Shown one piece after another: positions 19,574 through 28,985 of a stretch of 64,000 nt of DNA. The notes under the pieces are model-generated. The model did no database searches and was not told the origin of the DNA. It was given only the letters and a program-made list of their open reading frames with translations. Made by a program: the position numbers and the translations under genes. The DNA is taken from NCBI GenBank assembly GCA_040756235.1, contig JBFLZG010000068.1, forward strand, positions 1 to 64,000, in the 5' to 3' direction. The first letter of the stretch is position 1. Every line of letters begins with the position of its first letter. The DNA is from a bacterium (GTDB lineage Bacteria; Desulfobacterota; DSWW01).

Positions 19574-20802
19574 GCATCATGCCCGTATCCTTCACAGAAG
19601 AAGCTCAACACGGCCGCGAGTCGGGCATGGCGCTGCTGATCGTCATCTTCATCGTGACGCTCCTGACCGCGATGATCGTCTCTTTTGCGGACACGACGCA
19701 GAAGCATCTCAAGGTGACGGTCAATTACAAGAACCGGCTTCAGGCATACTGGACCGCTCAGTCCGGAATGCAGATGGCGGCCCAGCTTCTGACCCTGAGC
19801 GCTCAGCAGGGAGGAGGACACCACGGCCTCGACAACGCGTGCTGGCACTCCGAGAGCCCCTGCTATCAGGAATTGGTGCTGCCGCGTCTGCTGGTCCCCC
19901 TGCCTGGTTCCAACAGCTTCATGGAACCTGCTCTCTCCGCGACGACGGCCACGACAGGACAGATAGAGGCTTCTACCATCTCCCGATGTCCCATCGTGGA
20001 CGAAAACCGGAAGCTCAGCCTTTACGATCTGTTCACGACTCAAAAGACGGACGCAGATACCTTCCACAGGCTCGTCTACCTGCTGGAGTACCTCCTCACC
20101 GAGGAGGATCTCCTGCCTCCGGAAGAAAGGACGCAGTCGGCCGAATCCGTGGTCCAAACGTCCTCGCCTCAAAGGATTTCGCTGGACGAAGCCGAGAGAC
20201 TCGCCGGCTATCTGGTGGACTGGGTCGATACGGAAGTCAACAGTTCGGCGGACCTCAACACGGACGCTGCCGAAGAGGCGTGCCCCGCGGATGGGAAACC
20301 GTACCTGGCCAAGAACGGCCTCCTCGACTCGGTCGAAGAGATCGCGCAAGTGTGCGGATTCCGGCAGATGGCCAAGAACACGATCCAGAAGCTCACGCAG
20401 CATCTGACCGTCTACCCGGTCGAGACGAACATCAACACGGCCACGCTGCCGGTGCTCCACGCATTTTGCGCCTTGGCGGACGAGAATGCCCAGGAGGCCG
20501 TATCCGAGCAGCTCTACAACAGCCTGCATTCCGCCACGACGGACACAGTGCCACCGGCGTTCGAATCCAAGCAGTCCATCGCAGACGACCCGTCGGGTCT
20601 CATCGCGAATGGGGAGGTGGCGAAAGAGCTCAAAGATCACCTGGAGGTTAAGTCCGATTGCTTTCGGGTGGCTCTTTACGGACTGGTACGGGATCCTGAG
20701 ACCGGGCTGGAAGAGGCTCGGGCCCGAGTGGAAATGGTATTGAACGTGCAGGCGCAGAACCCATCGGGCGGTCTGGGCCTGCTCTATTATCGAGAAGACT
20801 GA
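19570..20802 (+). CDS. gspK: Minor pseudopilin K
   Basis: 'SG|MALLIVIFIV' (no Glu+5, as expected for GspK), 'IVDENRKL', 'LVDWVD', 'KNGLLDSVEEI', 'NINTA'. Confidence 0.88.
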   Translation: MSIMPVSFTEEAQHGRESGMALLIVIFIVTLLTAMIVSFADTTQKHLKVTVNYKNRLQAYWTAQSGMQMAAQLLTLSAQQGGGHHGLDNACWHSESPCYQELVLPRLLVPLPGSNSFMEPALSATTATTGQIEASTISRCPIVDENRKLSLYDLFTTQKTDADTFHRLVYLLEYLLTEEDLLPPEERTQSAESVVQTSSPQRISLDEAERLAGYLVDWVDTEVNSSADLNTDAAEEACPADGKPYLAKNGLLDSVEEIAQVCGFRQMAKNTIQKLTQHLTVYPVETNINTATLPVLHAFCALADENAQEAVSEQLYNSLHSATTDTVPPAFESKQSIADDPSGLIANGEVAKELKDHLEVKSDCFRVALYGLVRDPETGLEEARARVEMVLNVQAQNPSGGLGLLYYRED

Positions 20803-20941
20803 AGCCTGTTGCCCGCGCGCTCGGCGAAATGATAAAAGATGCTGGAGGCTCGATCCGGCTTCGCGCGGTCGGATCTGCGATCTGAACGCCTTCGCCTCAA
20901 CTTTTTAGGGCCCCGCGCGCACGGCAACGGTCGGAGGCAAG

Positions 20942-22549
20942 ATGCCACAGACCATCGTCGGATTGGACATCGGAGCTACGGCGATCCGGGTGGCCCGGAT
21001 GCAGGCCAGCCTGTTCCGTTACGAGTTCCTCGAGTATGCCGAGCACCCCCTGCCGGCTCACGTCGAGCTGCCCTGGGAGCAGCTCGTTTCGAACGTGCTC
21101 CAGGTGCTCTTTGCCGACCGAGGTCTGGCGGCGGAGAAGATCATCGCCTCCCTCCCCGGCCGCTACGTCTCTACCAGGCTTCTCGAGCTGCCCTTTTCGG
21201 ATCGCAACAAGATTGCCAAGTCGGTCCCGTTCGAGCTGGAAGGGCTCATCCCCCTGGGCCTGGACGAGATCCTGCTCGATTACCAGGTCCTGGCCACCGA
21301 TTCGCAGGGGTCCAAGGTCCTGGCCGTCTGCACCGAGAAGAAGCTCCTCGAGGGCCACCTCTCCCTCCTGAGGGATGCCGGCGCGGATCCGCAGGCCCTG
21401 ATCCCGCCCCCTGTTGCGCTCGCCAATCTGCGCAAGGAGATTCTCCTTGGCGGCAGCGAGCCGTGCGCGATCCTGGATTTGGGCGAGAGCGAGACTTCCC
21501 TCTGTCTGCTCCATCATGGAGAGATGCGTTACGGCCGGTCCTGGGCCCTCGGCATGGCCGGGTTGACCAAGGCGCTCGAAGACAACCTCCGCTTGCTTCC
21601 GGGCAAGGCCAGAGAGCTCAAGGAGAAGGAAGCCACGCTGCAACCGCCCCAGACGCCCGGCGGCGACTCTCAACAGGAGTGGACGGCCAATATCCTCAGG
21701 AGAGCGCTGGACCCGATTCTCGTCGGCGTGCGGCAGAGCTTCCTGAGCGCTTCGCGCCTGTGGGATGTCGGTGTCGAGAAGGTCTATCTGTGCGGACGGG
21801 GAAGCCACCTCGCGGGACTCTGTCCCTATCTGTCCCAGGAGCTCGGCATCGATGTTTCTCTCCTTTCCCTGACCGGACCGGTCGGGAACCACCCGGGTTT
21901 TCGTGCCAACGACGCCTCGGCGGCCGCGGTCAGCCTGGGCCTGGCGCTCCACGGGGTGCGGGAAACGGCCGCTTCCAGGCTGAACCTGAGGACCGGCGAG
22001 TTCACGTTCGTCTCCCAAAGAGAGGAGCTCAAGAAGAACCTTTTCTCGACCGGGATCATGGTCGGCATCCTGCTGCTGCTGATGGTTTTCAAGTTCGGCT
22101 TTCAGTATCACCTGCGCAGCCAGGAGTACGACCGCGTCACGGCCCAGATCGACCAGATGGCTCTGGAGATCTTTCCCGATCTCCAGAGCCTCCCTGCCGG
22201 GGCCCAGCGCACCTCGGCCATGAACGCCCGCCTGGAGACGGAGAAGCGGGAGGCGAATCTCTTCTCGCCGCTCGCTCCCGGTGCGCTCTCGGCGCTGGAC
22301 GTGCTCCTGGAAATCACCAAGGCGGTACCCCAAGAGGTCAAGATCGACGTCCGCGAGTTCGCGCTGGACGGTGACAAGATCCGGATCGAGGCGGAGACCG
22401 ACTCCTACAACTCCGCCGAGCTGATCAAACAGAACCTTCTCGGCAGCGGCATGTTCGTGAGTGCGGACATTCCCGATATCAAGGACAGCCTGAACCAGTC
22501 GACGGTCAAGTTCAACATGACCCTGCAGCTGGCCCAACGGCTCTTCTGA
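20942..22549 (+). CDS. gspL: Type II secretion protein L (actin-like cytoplasmic domain, TM, periplasmic domain)
   Basis: 'IVGLDIGATAIRV', 'VPFELEGLIP', 'AILDLGESET', 'VYLCGRG', 'LNLRTGEF' then a TM. Operon position. Confidence 0.85.
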   Translation: MPQTIVGLDIGATAIRVARMQASLFRYEFLEYAEHPLPAHVELPWEQLVSNVLQVLFADRGLAAEKIIASLPGRYVSTRLLELPFSDRNKIAKSVPFELEGLIPLGLDEILLDYQVLATDSQGSKVLAVCTEKKLLEGHLSLLRDAGADPQALIPPPVALANLRKEILLGGSEPCAILDLGESETSLCLLHHGEMRYGRSWALGMAGLTKALEDNLRLLPGKARELKEKEATLQPPQTPGGDSQQEWTANILRRALDPILVGVRQSFLSASRLWDVGVEKVYLCGRGSHLAGLCPYLSQELGIDVSLLSLTGPVGNHPGFRANDASAAAVSLGLALHGVRETAASRLNLRTGEFTFVSQREELKKNLFSTGIMVGILLLLMVFKFGFQYHLRSQEYDRVTAQIDQMALEIFPDLQSLPAGAQRTSAMNARLETEKREANLFSPLAPGALSALDVLLEITKAVPQEVKIDVREFALDGDKIRIEAETDSYNSAELIKQNLLGSGMFVSADIPDIKDSLNQSTVKFNMTLQLAQRLF

Positions 22550-22560
22550 GGAAGACAGAG

Positions 22561-23091
22561 ATGCGCATGAAGCTGAATATCACGCAGAGAGAGCGCTGGG
22601 TGCTGGTGGCAGGGGCCGCAGCGTTTGTTCTTCTTCTGTGCTACTTGGGAATCGACGGCCTGGTCGGCAGCTACAACGAGCTGGGGCGCAAGATCGACGG
22701 GAGGAACCAGGACCTGGTGAAGATTACGCACCTGCGCGATCAGTACGTGGACACCCACCGTAAGGTGCAGGAGGTCCGATCCAGGCTGGACAAGAAGCAG
22801 AAGGACTTCTCCGTGCTGTCCTTTATCGAAGACCTGGCCAATCGGGAAGGCATCCGGGAGAACATCGGGTCCGTCAAACCCAAGAAGGTTCCGTTCAATG
22901 ACGACTACGACGAGAGCTCGGTGGAGATCCAGATGGACAACGTCACACTCCCCAAGCTGGTCAACTTCGCCTACAAAGTCGAGAATTCCGGACATCTGCT
23001 CAAGCTGAAGCGTCTGCGCGTCAAGACCCGGTACGACAACCGCAACCTGCTCAATGTGATGCTTCAGGTCTCCACATACGAAAGAAAGTAG
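22561..23091 (+). CDS. gspM: Type II secretion protein M
   Basis: 'ITQRERWVLV' plus TM, coiled coil and a ferredoxin-like C-terminus. Operon position. Confidence 0.82.
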   Translation: MRMKLNITQRERWVLVAGAAAFVLLLCYLGIDGLVGSYNELGRKIDGRNQDLVKITHLRDQYVDTHRKVQEVRSRLDKKQKDFSVLSFIEDLANREGIRENIGSVKPKKVPFNDDYDESSVEIQMDNVTLPKLVNFAYKVENSGHLLKLKRLRVKTRYDNRNLLNVMLQVSTYERK

Positions 23092-23193
23092 GGGCGAACG
23101 GCGTTCGCCCTGCCGGGCCGCGCGCGCGTCGGCAGGCGCTGCGATGCTCGCCGCAACGCCGCTGCGGCGCCGAACCTCCGGGGGAGAGAGAAC

Positions 23194-24069
23194 ATGGGGG
23201 AAACGAGCAAGCGAACCCTGATCTACGCCGGGTATGCGGTCCTCGGCTCGTTTCTCACCCTCTATTTCATGCTTCTCTCCTTCCCTTTTTCCGAAATGAA
23301 GGAGCGCCTCGTACCCTCCCTCGCCAGGGACCTGTCTCTGCCGATCTCCGTCGGGCAAGTGGAGGTGACACCACTTCTATGGATCCGCTTCTCCGATGTA
23401 CGCATCGACCCGGGCGCACACAAGGGCATCCCTGCCCTCAGGGCCGACGCCGTTCGCCTGCGCCCTGCCCTGCTGCCGCTGCTCATCGGCAAGCAGGTCT
23501 TCAAGGTTCGGGCGGACCTCTACGGCGGGACCCTCAAAGGCTCGCTCGGCCGGAAGAAGGACAGTCAGAACGTCTCGCTTTCCTGGAAGGGCCTCGTCCT
23601 CGGAAGACAAGGCGACCTGCCGATGGCGGCCGGGGCGAAGCTTGCAGGGACCCTGTCGGGAACGGCGGCCTTGAAGATTCAGGGAAGCAACTGGACCACG
23701 GCGCAGGGTTCCGTCTCCGGCTCCCTCGTGGGCGGCCACATGCAGAACGTCTCTCTTTACGGCTTCTCCATGCCGCCTCTGCAAGGCGTCACAGGCGACC
23801 TCGAGCTCCGCCTCAACCAGAAGAAGGCCACACTGGAACACCTCTCTCTGGTAAGTGACGGTCTCCAACTCAGCCTCGAGGGCAGCGCCGACCTCTTGCC
23901 TCGGCTGCCCAGCAGTCGTCTGGACCTGAAGGGCAGGCTCAAACTGCAGGGAGAGCTGGCGGCACAGTACCAGCCCATGCTGGCCGGGGTCCTGCGCTCC
24001 CAGGACGCGCAGGGCTTCTCCACGTTCTCTTTGAAAGGGAGCCTGCAGGCGCCCCGCTTCGTGCCCTAG
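23194..24069 (+). CDS. gspN: Type II secretion protein N
   Basis: N-terminal TM 'YFMLLSFPF', beta-rich body, C-terminal 'LKGSLQAPRF'. Last gene of the operon. Confidence 0.78.
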   Translation: MGETSKRTLIYAGYAVLGSFLTLYFMLLSFPFSEMKERLVPSLARDLSLPISVGQVEVTPLLWIRFSDVRIDPGAHKGIPALRADAVRLRPALLPLLIGKQVFKVRADLYGGTLKGSLGRKKDSQNVSLSWKGLVLGRQGDLPMAAGAKLAGTLSGTAALKIQGSNWTTAQGSVSGSLVGGHMQNVSLYGFSMPPLQGVTGDLELRLNQKKATLEHLSLVSDGLQLSLEGSADLLPRLPSSRLDLKGRLKLQGELAAQYQPMLAGVLRSQDAQGFSTFSLKGSLQAPRFVP

Positions 24070-24073
24070 CTAA

Positions 24074-24223
24074 AGTCCGTTGAAAAGAGCCCATCTGCTG
24101 CGTTGCGCTCGTTTATCGTCACTGCGGCGTACAGCAAGAATACGCCTCGTTCCTCAAACTTCGCGCGCCTTGCATCCGGACCTTTTTGAACGGCCTGCAC
24201 ATTCTGGACTTCTTTCGCGGGCT
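24074..24223. mobile_element. Palindromic MITE/REP-like element, copy 5 (between convergent genes)
   Basis: agtccgttgaaaagagcccatctgc ... ggcgtacagcaagaatacgcc ... gcatccggacctttttgaacggcct, plus an extension shared with copy 9. Confidence 0.85.
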
Positions 24224-24267
24224 GGATCTTGCCGCGAGAGGCTCCCGGGACGGCATTCGCGACACGT

Positions 24268-26493
24268 TCAGGACGGCGGGATGGGGAACTCCAGCACGAA
24301 CTTCGTGCCCCGGGGAACGTTGTCCTTGACCCGGACGTAGCCGTTGTGGTCCGAAACGATGCTCTTCACGATGGCCAGGCCCAGACCGGTCCCCCCCTTC
24401 TTCGTGGACGTGTAGGGCTCGAAAAGCCTCTCCCGTATGGCTTCGGGGATCCCACAGCCGTCGTCCGCAACCTCCAGGATGCCCATGCGGAGGAAGGCAT
24501 CGTAGCGGGACGCCAGAGCGATGTGACCCGCGTTGTGCACGGCGGCGACGGCGTTGTCGAGCAGGTTGACCAGGACCCTGCGGATCTGATCCGGATCCAG
24601 CAGCAGCAAAGGCAGATGGGCGTCCTCGTCGAAGCGGAAGGCAACCGAGCGGTGGGCCTGTTGATACAGAGCAAGGACCTCGCGGGCGATTTCGTTGAGG
24701 TTCGCAAGGCCCAGCTTGGCAGCCGGCATTCTGGCGAAATGAGAGAACTCGTTCACCAGGTTCTTCATCTGCTCGACCTGGCGGATGATCGTGCTCGTAC
24801 ATTCCTCGAAGACCTTGCCGTCCTCACGAAGACTGGAGGCATACCGCTTCTGCAGGCGCTGGGCGGACAGCTGGATCGGCGTGAGCGGATTCTTGATTTC
24901 GTGCGCGATGCGCCGCGCGACTTCGCGCCACGCTGCGGCTCGCTGAGCACGGATCAGCTCGGTGTCGTCCTCGAACACCATGACCACACCCATCCACGCC
25001 CCCTCCTCGTCCTCGATCCCGCCCGCTCGGATCGACAGATTCCTCGGCTCCTCTCCCAGGCGCACCCAGAGCCGCCTCTCCAAAGTCTTGGACCGATTGC
25101 GGCTCGCCTCCACCACGAGCTCTCGGATCGGCCGCATGGTCTCTCCGGCGAAGAGCGCATCGAACGACCGCCCCAGGACGTCCTCGGCACGGATCCTGAA
25201 AAGGTCCTCGAGGACGCGGTTGACCGTGCGGATCTTCAACTCCTGATCGAGGGAGGTCACTCCCGCGCCGACGTTGCGCAGCAGGATCTCCATGTAACGT
25301 CTTCTCTGCTCAAGCTCGATGTTGGTCTGGCGCAGGGTCGCCTGCGTTTCGCGGACCTGCTCTCCCTTGCGGCGCAGGTCGTCGATCATGCGATTATACG
25401 AGTCCACCAGGATCCCGAGCTCGTCGTCCGCGACCGGCTCGATCCGATGGTCGAAGTTGCCCGCGGCCACTTCGCCGATTCCGTTGGCCAGCAGCTGCAG
25501 GGGCGTGGCGATCTCCTTGGCCAGGTAGAAGCCGAACCAGCTGGCCGAAAAGAGGATCAGCAGGGTGACCATGATCAAGGCCATGAGGATGACCGACTTG
25601 AACGGGCGCTGATAGAGGTTGATCTGTTTTCTCCGCTCCAGCGATTCCGAGATCTGGGCCATTTCCCCCACCAGGCTGTCCGGGACGGACTGCCATGCGG
25701 CCAGGATCAGGCCAGTCCCTTCGATTCCTCTCTGCACAAGGGGCACCAACCCTTCCACGACCTCGCCGGACCCCAGGCTGCGGATGCGCGTGACTTCCCG
25801 GCCGTCCAGGGCCTGTTGGATGAGCTCGGCCTCCGGGAGCGGGTAGTGCCGCGCCCCCTCAGCCGCCGTCACCTCCGCGAGCATCCCCTGGCTCTCATTC
25901 AGCAGGGCCACGCGGTCGAGCCGGAAAGCCAGGAGCTTCATCCGAAAGAACTCCTCGAGCCCGCCCTCGCGTTTGGCGTCGAGGAGCATTTCGCGCCGCA
26001 GGTCCTGAACGATCTGTCGTGCGAAATAGAGCGTGTCCTCGGCGATCGCCTTGTAGTAGCCCTGCCCGACCGCAAGCGACCCTTCCAGAGCGCTCTCCAC
26101 CTGCACGTGCACCCACATCTCCATGCTGCGGGAGATGAAGAACCACGAAACGTAAAACAACAGCGCTGTCGGGATGATCGACAGCACGACGAAGGCCGCC
26201 ACCAGCTTCGTGCGCAGCCTCGCGCCGAGGATCCTCCGTCTCCTTTCCAGGAGCAGCTTGACGACGTTTCTCAGGATCAGAAAGATGAGGAGCAGGATGA
26301 GCAGGATGTTGGTGTTGATGATGGAAAAGAAGACAATGTTCTCGCTCAGGGGGAGAGCGGCATGGCCGCGGCTGATGCGGAGCTCGAGCAGGGTGAGACC
26401 GGCCAGGACCAGGAAGATCAGAACGATGAGAAAGACCTCGCGCTTTCTCCGTTTCGATTCTCGCGAGCTCGCCTGAAAGAAACCGGTCTTCAT
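24268..26493 (-). CDS. NtrY-like sensor histidine kinase (TM, HAMP, PAS, HisKA, HATPase)
   Basis: 'AAWREVARRIAHEIKNPLTPIQLSAQRL', 'NLLDNA', 'VADDGCGIP', 'LFEPYTSTKKGGTGLGL', HAMP 'GNFDHRI....DELGILVDSYNRM'. Start set at MKTGFF because the ORF-track 26550 lies in a repeat. Confidence 0.92.
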   Translation of the reverse strand: MKTGFFQASSRESKRRKREVFLIVLIFLVLAGLTLLELRISRGHAALPLSENIVFFSIINTNILLILLLIFLILRNVVKLLLERRRRILGARLRTKLVAAFVVLSIIPTALLFYVSWFFISRSMEMWVHVQVESALEGSLAVGQGYYKAIAEDTLYFARQIVQDLRREMLLDAKREGGLEEFFRMKLLAFRLDRVALLNESQGMLAEVTAAEGARHYPLPEAELIQQALDGREVTRIRSLGSGEVVEGLVPLVQRGIEGTGLILAAWQSVPDSLVGEMAQISESLERRKQINLYQRPFKSVILMALIMVTLLILFSASWFGFYLAKEIATPLQLLANGIGEVAAGNFDHRIEPVADDELGILVDSYNRMIDDLRRKGEQVRETQATLRQTNIELEQRRRYMEILLRNVGAGVTSLDQELKIRTVNRVLEDLFRIRAEDVLGRSFDALFAGETMRPIRELVVEASRNRSKTLERRLWVRLGEEPRNLSIRAGGIEDEEGAWMGVVMVFEDDTELIRAQRAAAWREVARRIAHEIKNPLTPIQLSAQRLQKRYASSLREDGKVFEECTSTIIRQVEQMKNLVNEFSHFARMPAAKLGLANLNEIAREVLALYQQAHRSVAFRFDEDAHLPLLLLDPDQIRRVLVNLLDNAVAAVHNAGHIALASRYDAFLRMGILEVADDGCGIPEAIRERLFEPYTSTKKGGTGLGLAIVKSIVSDHNGYVRVKDNVPRGTKFVLEFPIPPS

Positions 26494-26528
26494 GGACGGA
26501 CCATGCCTGCAGCAACCCGCCTCAACGA

Positions 26529-26761
26529 GAGGCTGTCGATAGACGCCCATCTGCGGCGTTGCGCTCAGGGGGAATGGAGGCTGGGAAAGCCTGCCCCGGC
26601 GAAGGCGGGGTCTACTGTGCCTCCCGGTTACGCCTCATTCCTCAGGATTTGTCCTCCCAAGGGTCGGACACCCCATCCTTCGGATGGGTCCCCATTTTCG
26701 CGCGCCTTGCATCTGGGCATTTCTCACCAGCCTCTCCGGAGGGTGTTTTTCGACACCCCTC
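26529..26761. mobile_element. Palindromic MITE/REP-like element, copy 6 (longest, with an extra hairpin insert)
   Basis: GAGGCTGTCGATAGACGCCCATCTGC ... GCATCTGGGCATTTCTCACCAGCCTC ... TTTTTCGACACCCCTC. Insert ccatcc-ttcg-gatgg. 12-bp direct repeat CCTCAACGAGAG at 26520-31 and 26758-69. Confidence 0.87.
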
Positions 26762-26802
26762 AACGAGAGCATGAGCCCGGCCGCCATGCGGCGCTCACCC
26801 GC

Positions 26803-27852
26803 TCACGCCCCCTGCGGGAAAAAGGCCAAGCCTTGAAATCCCTTGGATTCCGACCCCAGCCGGAGGTCGCCTTCCAGCAGCAGAAATCGGTCGGCGCGGG
26901 TTCTTCCGGTCTCCTCGAGCGTCTCGATCGAAGCCCAGATGGAGCGAGGGCCATTTGAAGGTTCCGGCGCAGCATCGGGCTCGGTCGCGCCCCCGGCCAG
27001 GCGCCGGATTTCGCGCACCTGGGTGAGCCTCCCGGCAAGGCCCCACGCCGGGATTTCGATGTCGATCGCCGGGCCGCTGTCAGCCGATTCCGCAGGCACC
27101 GCCTCCGTCACTCGGACCTCGTACGTCTCATTCCACCTCCCCCTGCGATCGTAAAGCGCCGCAAACCAGCCCCCCTCCCCTTCCTGCGCTGCCGCTCCCC
27201 TCTGGATGGAAATGAACTCCCCGCCGCTTGTCCACAATGCATAGCAGCGGCTGCCCGCCTCCCATCCTTCGAGCCTCTGGTCCGAGAAAGGTCGGGCGGG
27301 TCGCGGGGTATCCTTTCTCTCGTAGAAGACCCTGCCCTGGGTCCTTCTCTGGTTCACATACAGCTCGGCCGAGAGGAGCCCATAGCGTATCTCTGCCGTA
27401 CCGACCTTCAGCGCGCGTTCCGCGAACAGTGGCTCGGTGAGGAACAGAAGCTTCTCGGAGCCCTGGCCGATGTAATATCCGAAACGGTCCTGGTCGGTGG
27501 TGAACAGAAGACTCTCATCTGCCAGGTTCAAGGGGTTCCGCGGGCTCTTCTCCTCTTTGCCCTCTTCGGAGAGCAGATGCTTGGTCCCCCCCGGGAAGAC
27601 GAGCCACGCCTGGGTCTGCCAGCGGGTCTGGTCACTCCTGGAGTTGGCCGAAGCCGGCGTCTGTTCCACTGCAACGAACATGCAGAGAGGGTTCCCCTGG
27701 ACGTTGGACAGGTACAACAGATACTCTCCGTTCAGGGTATTCCTGGCCGCCTCATCAATCAGGGCCGACTTGCCCAGGCAGCCGCACAAGATCGAGCCAA
27801 ACACCAAACCTACAACCGCGAGACTCCTCTTTCCAGGTCCTCTGCAGGGCAT
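26803..27852 (-). CDS. Hypothetical lipoprotein
   Basis: Basic N-terminus, hydrophobic stretch and lipobox-like 'LCG|C'. SD GGAAGGAG. No domain recognised. Confidence 0.65.
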   Translation of the reverse strand: MPCRGPGKRSLAVVGLVFGSILCGCLGKSALIDEAARNTLNGEYLLYLSNVQGNPLCMFVAVEQTPASANSRSDQTRWQTQAWLVFPGGTKHLLSEEGKEEKSPRNPLNLADESLLFTTDQDRFGYYIGQGSEKLLFLTEPLFAERALKVGTAEIRYGLLSAELYVNQRRTQGRVFYERKDTPRPARPFSDQRLEGWEAGSRCYALWTSGGEFISIQRGAAAQEGEGGWFAALYDRRGRWNETYEVRVTEAVPAESADSGPAIDIEIPAWGLAGRLTQVREIRRLAGGATEPDAAPEPSNGPRSIWASIETLEETGRTRADRFLLLEGDLRLGSESKGFQGLAFFPQGA

Positions 27853-27915
27853 CCGTCTCTCCTTCCACTCCGTCCTTCGGCCCGGTTGAGCTTCCCGACC
27901 TGTGCGACTTCATCG

Positions 27916-28959
27916 TCACGGAAGGGCCATTTCAGTGTGCAACACCCATCCTCGATTGGCAATCCGTAAGGGCAGGACCTCGAGCCCCCTCTTCCGGATC
28001 ACGGCCATCAAGGAAGACTTGACCTCCGGCTCCGCGTACACCAGGACGCAACCACCGCCGCCCGCTCCGCATACCTTGACCGCCCCGGCCCCCAGCCGCA
28101 TCAGCTCCCGCTCGAGCCTTTGCACGAGCGGCGTGGAGATGCCGGGAAACAGCCGCCGACGGGCACGGGCTTCCCTCGCCATCGCGGCTCCCGCGCCGCA
28201 GAAGTCGCCCTGCGACAAGGCCGCATGCAGCTCGCGTGCGGCCTCGACGATCTGCTGCATGGACCCTCGCACCGGTCGGCTTCCGTCCAGGTGACGCTTG
28301 AACACCTCCCAATTGTTGGCCCCCGAATAGCGCGAAACACCCGTGTAGACGAGAAGGAGCCTCTCTTCGAGCCTCTTCGTCGAACAGAGCATTCGCTCGC
28401 GGCGCGTCCGGCCCGCCTCCCACCATAGCGCCTGCACGCCCCCGTAGAGCGCCGGATAGTAGTCCTGCAGACCCGCCGGGACCCGGATCAGCCGGGTTTC
28501 GATGTCCCGCAGCAAAGGCACCAGGCTTTCCCTCGCAAGGCGCAGGCCGGTGAGCTTGCACAGAGCGCCGCACAGAGCCACCAGCAAAGCGGACGACCCG
28601 GCCAGGCCGGCCCCTCTCGGGATATCTGAAGTCGTCTCGATGCGCAGACCGTCTTCGATCCCGAAGTGCTCCAACGCCCTGCAATAGAGCTCGAGCCCTC
28701 GCTGCCGGCTCATCTCCCCGACCGATTTCCAGCTGCGTCCGGCCCGCGTGCTGCCGTCTTCCAGCCGGATCCCGGCGCCCGGGGCCAAGACGAGGCGCAC
28801 GCGCACCGACAGGCCGACGGCTGCATTCAGGGTGACCGCGCGCGAATGGAACAGATACAGGGGCCAAATATCTACGGTCCCGCCAGCGAGATCGATACGC
28901 GCCGGTGCCCGGCTCACGATCGCCCGACTCGGGCCCTTGAGGATCGATTTCACGGCCAC
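27916..28959 (-). CDS. GHMP-family sugar kinase (HddA/fucokinase-like)
   Basis: 'APARIDLAGGTVD', ATP motif 'PRGAGLAGSS', 'GLQDYY', 'KVCGAGGGG'. GTG start with GGAG. Confidence 0.88.
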   Translation of the reverse strand: MAVKSILKGPSRAIVSRAPARIDLAGGTVDIWPLYLFHSRAVTLNAAVGLSVRVRLVLAPGAGIRLEDGSTRAGRSWKSVGEMSRQRGLELYCRALEHFGIEDGLRIETTSDIPRGAGLAGSSALLVALCGALCKLTGLRLARESLVPLLRDIETRLIRVPAGLQDYYPALYGGVQALWWEAGRTRRERMLCSTKRLEERLLLVYTGVSRYSGANNWEVFKRHLDGSRPVRGSMQQIVEAARELHAALSQGDFCGAGAAMAREARARRRLFPGISTPLVQRLERELMRLGAGAVKVCGAGGGGCVLVYAEPEVKSSLMAVIRKRGLEVLPLRIANRGWVLHTEMALP

Positions 28960-28985
28960 CTCCCTGGCTGGAGAAGAGCCCCTAG

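Noticed and set aside
13580..22549. Type IVa pilus (pilB/pilC/pilM) interpretation of the plus-strand operon
   Set aside because: GspC with PDZ, the GspD N0 domain, the GspG 'YPTTEQGL..L' signature, GspK and the C-N gene order indicate T2SS. No PilT is present.
2..26958. Very long antisense or alternate-frame ORFs (2..2476, 6570..8978, 10824..13595, 13493..15511, 24229..26958; likewise 36508..38256 and 51238..52812)
   Set aside because: Shadow ORFs opposite well-supported genes, expected from high-GC codon bias. No recognisable motifs.
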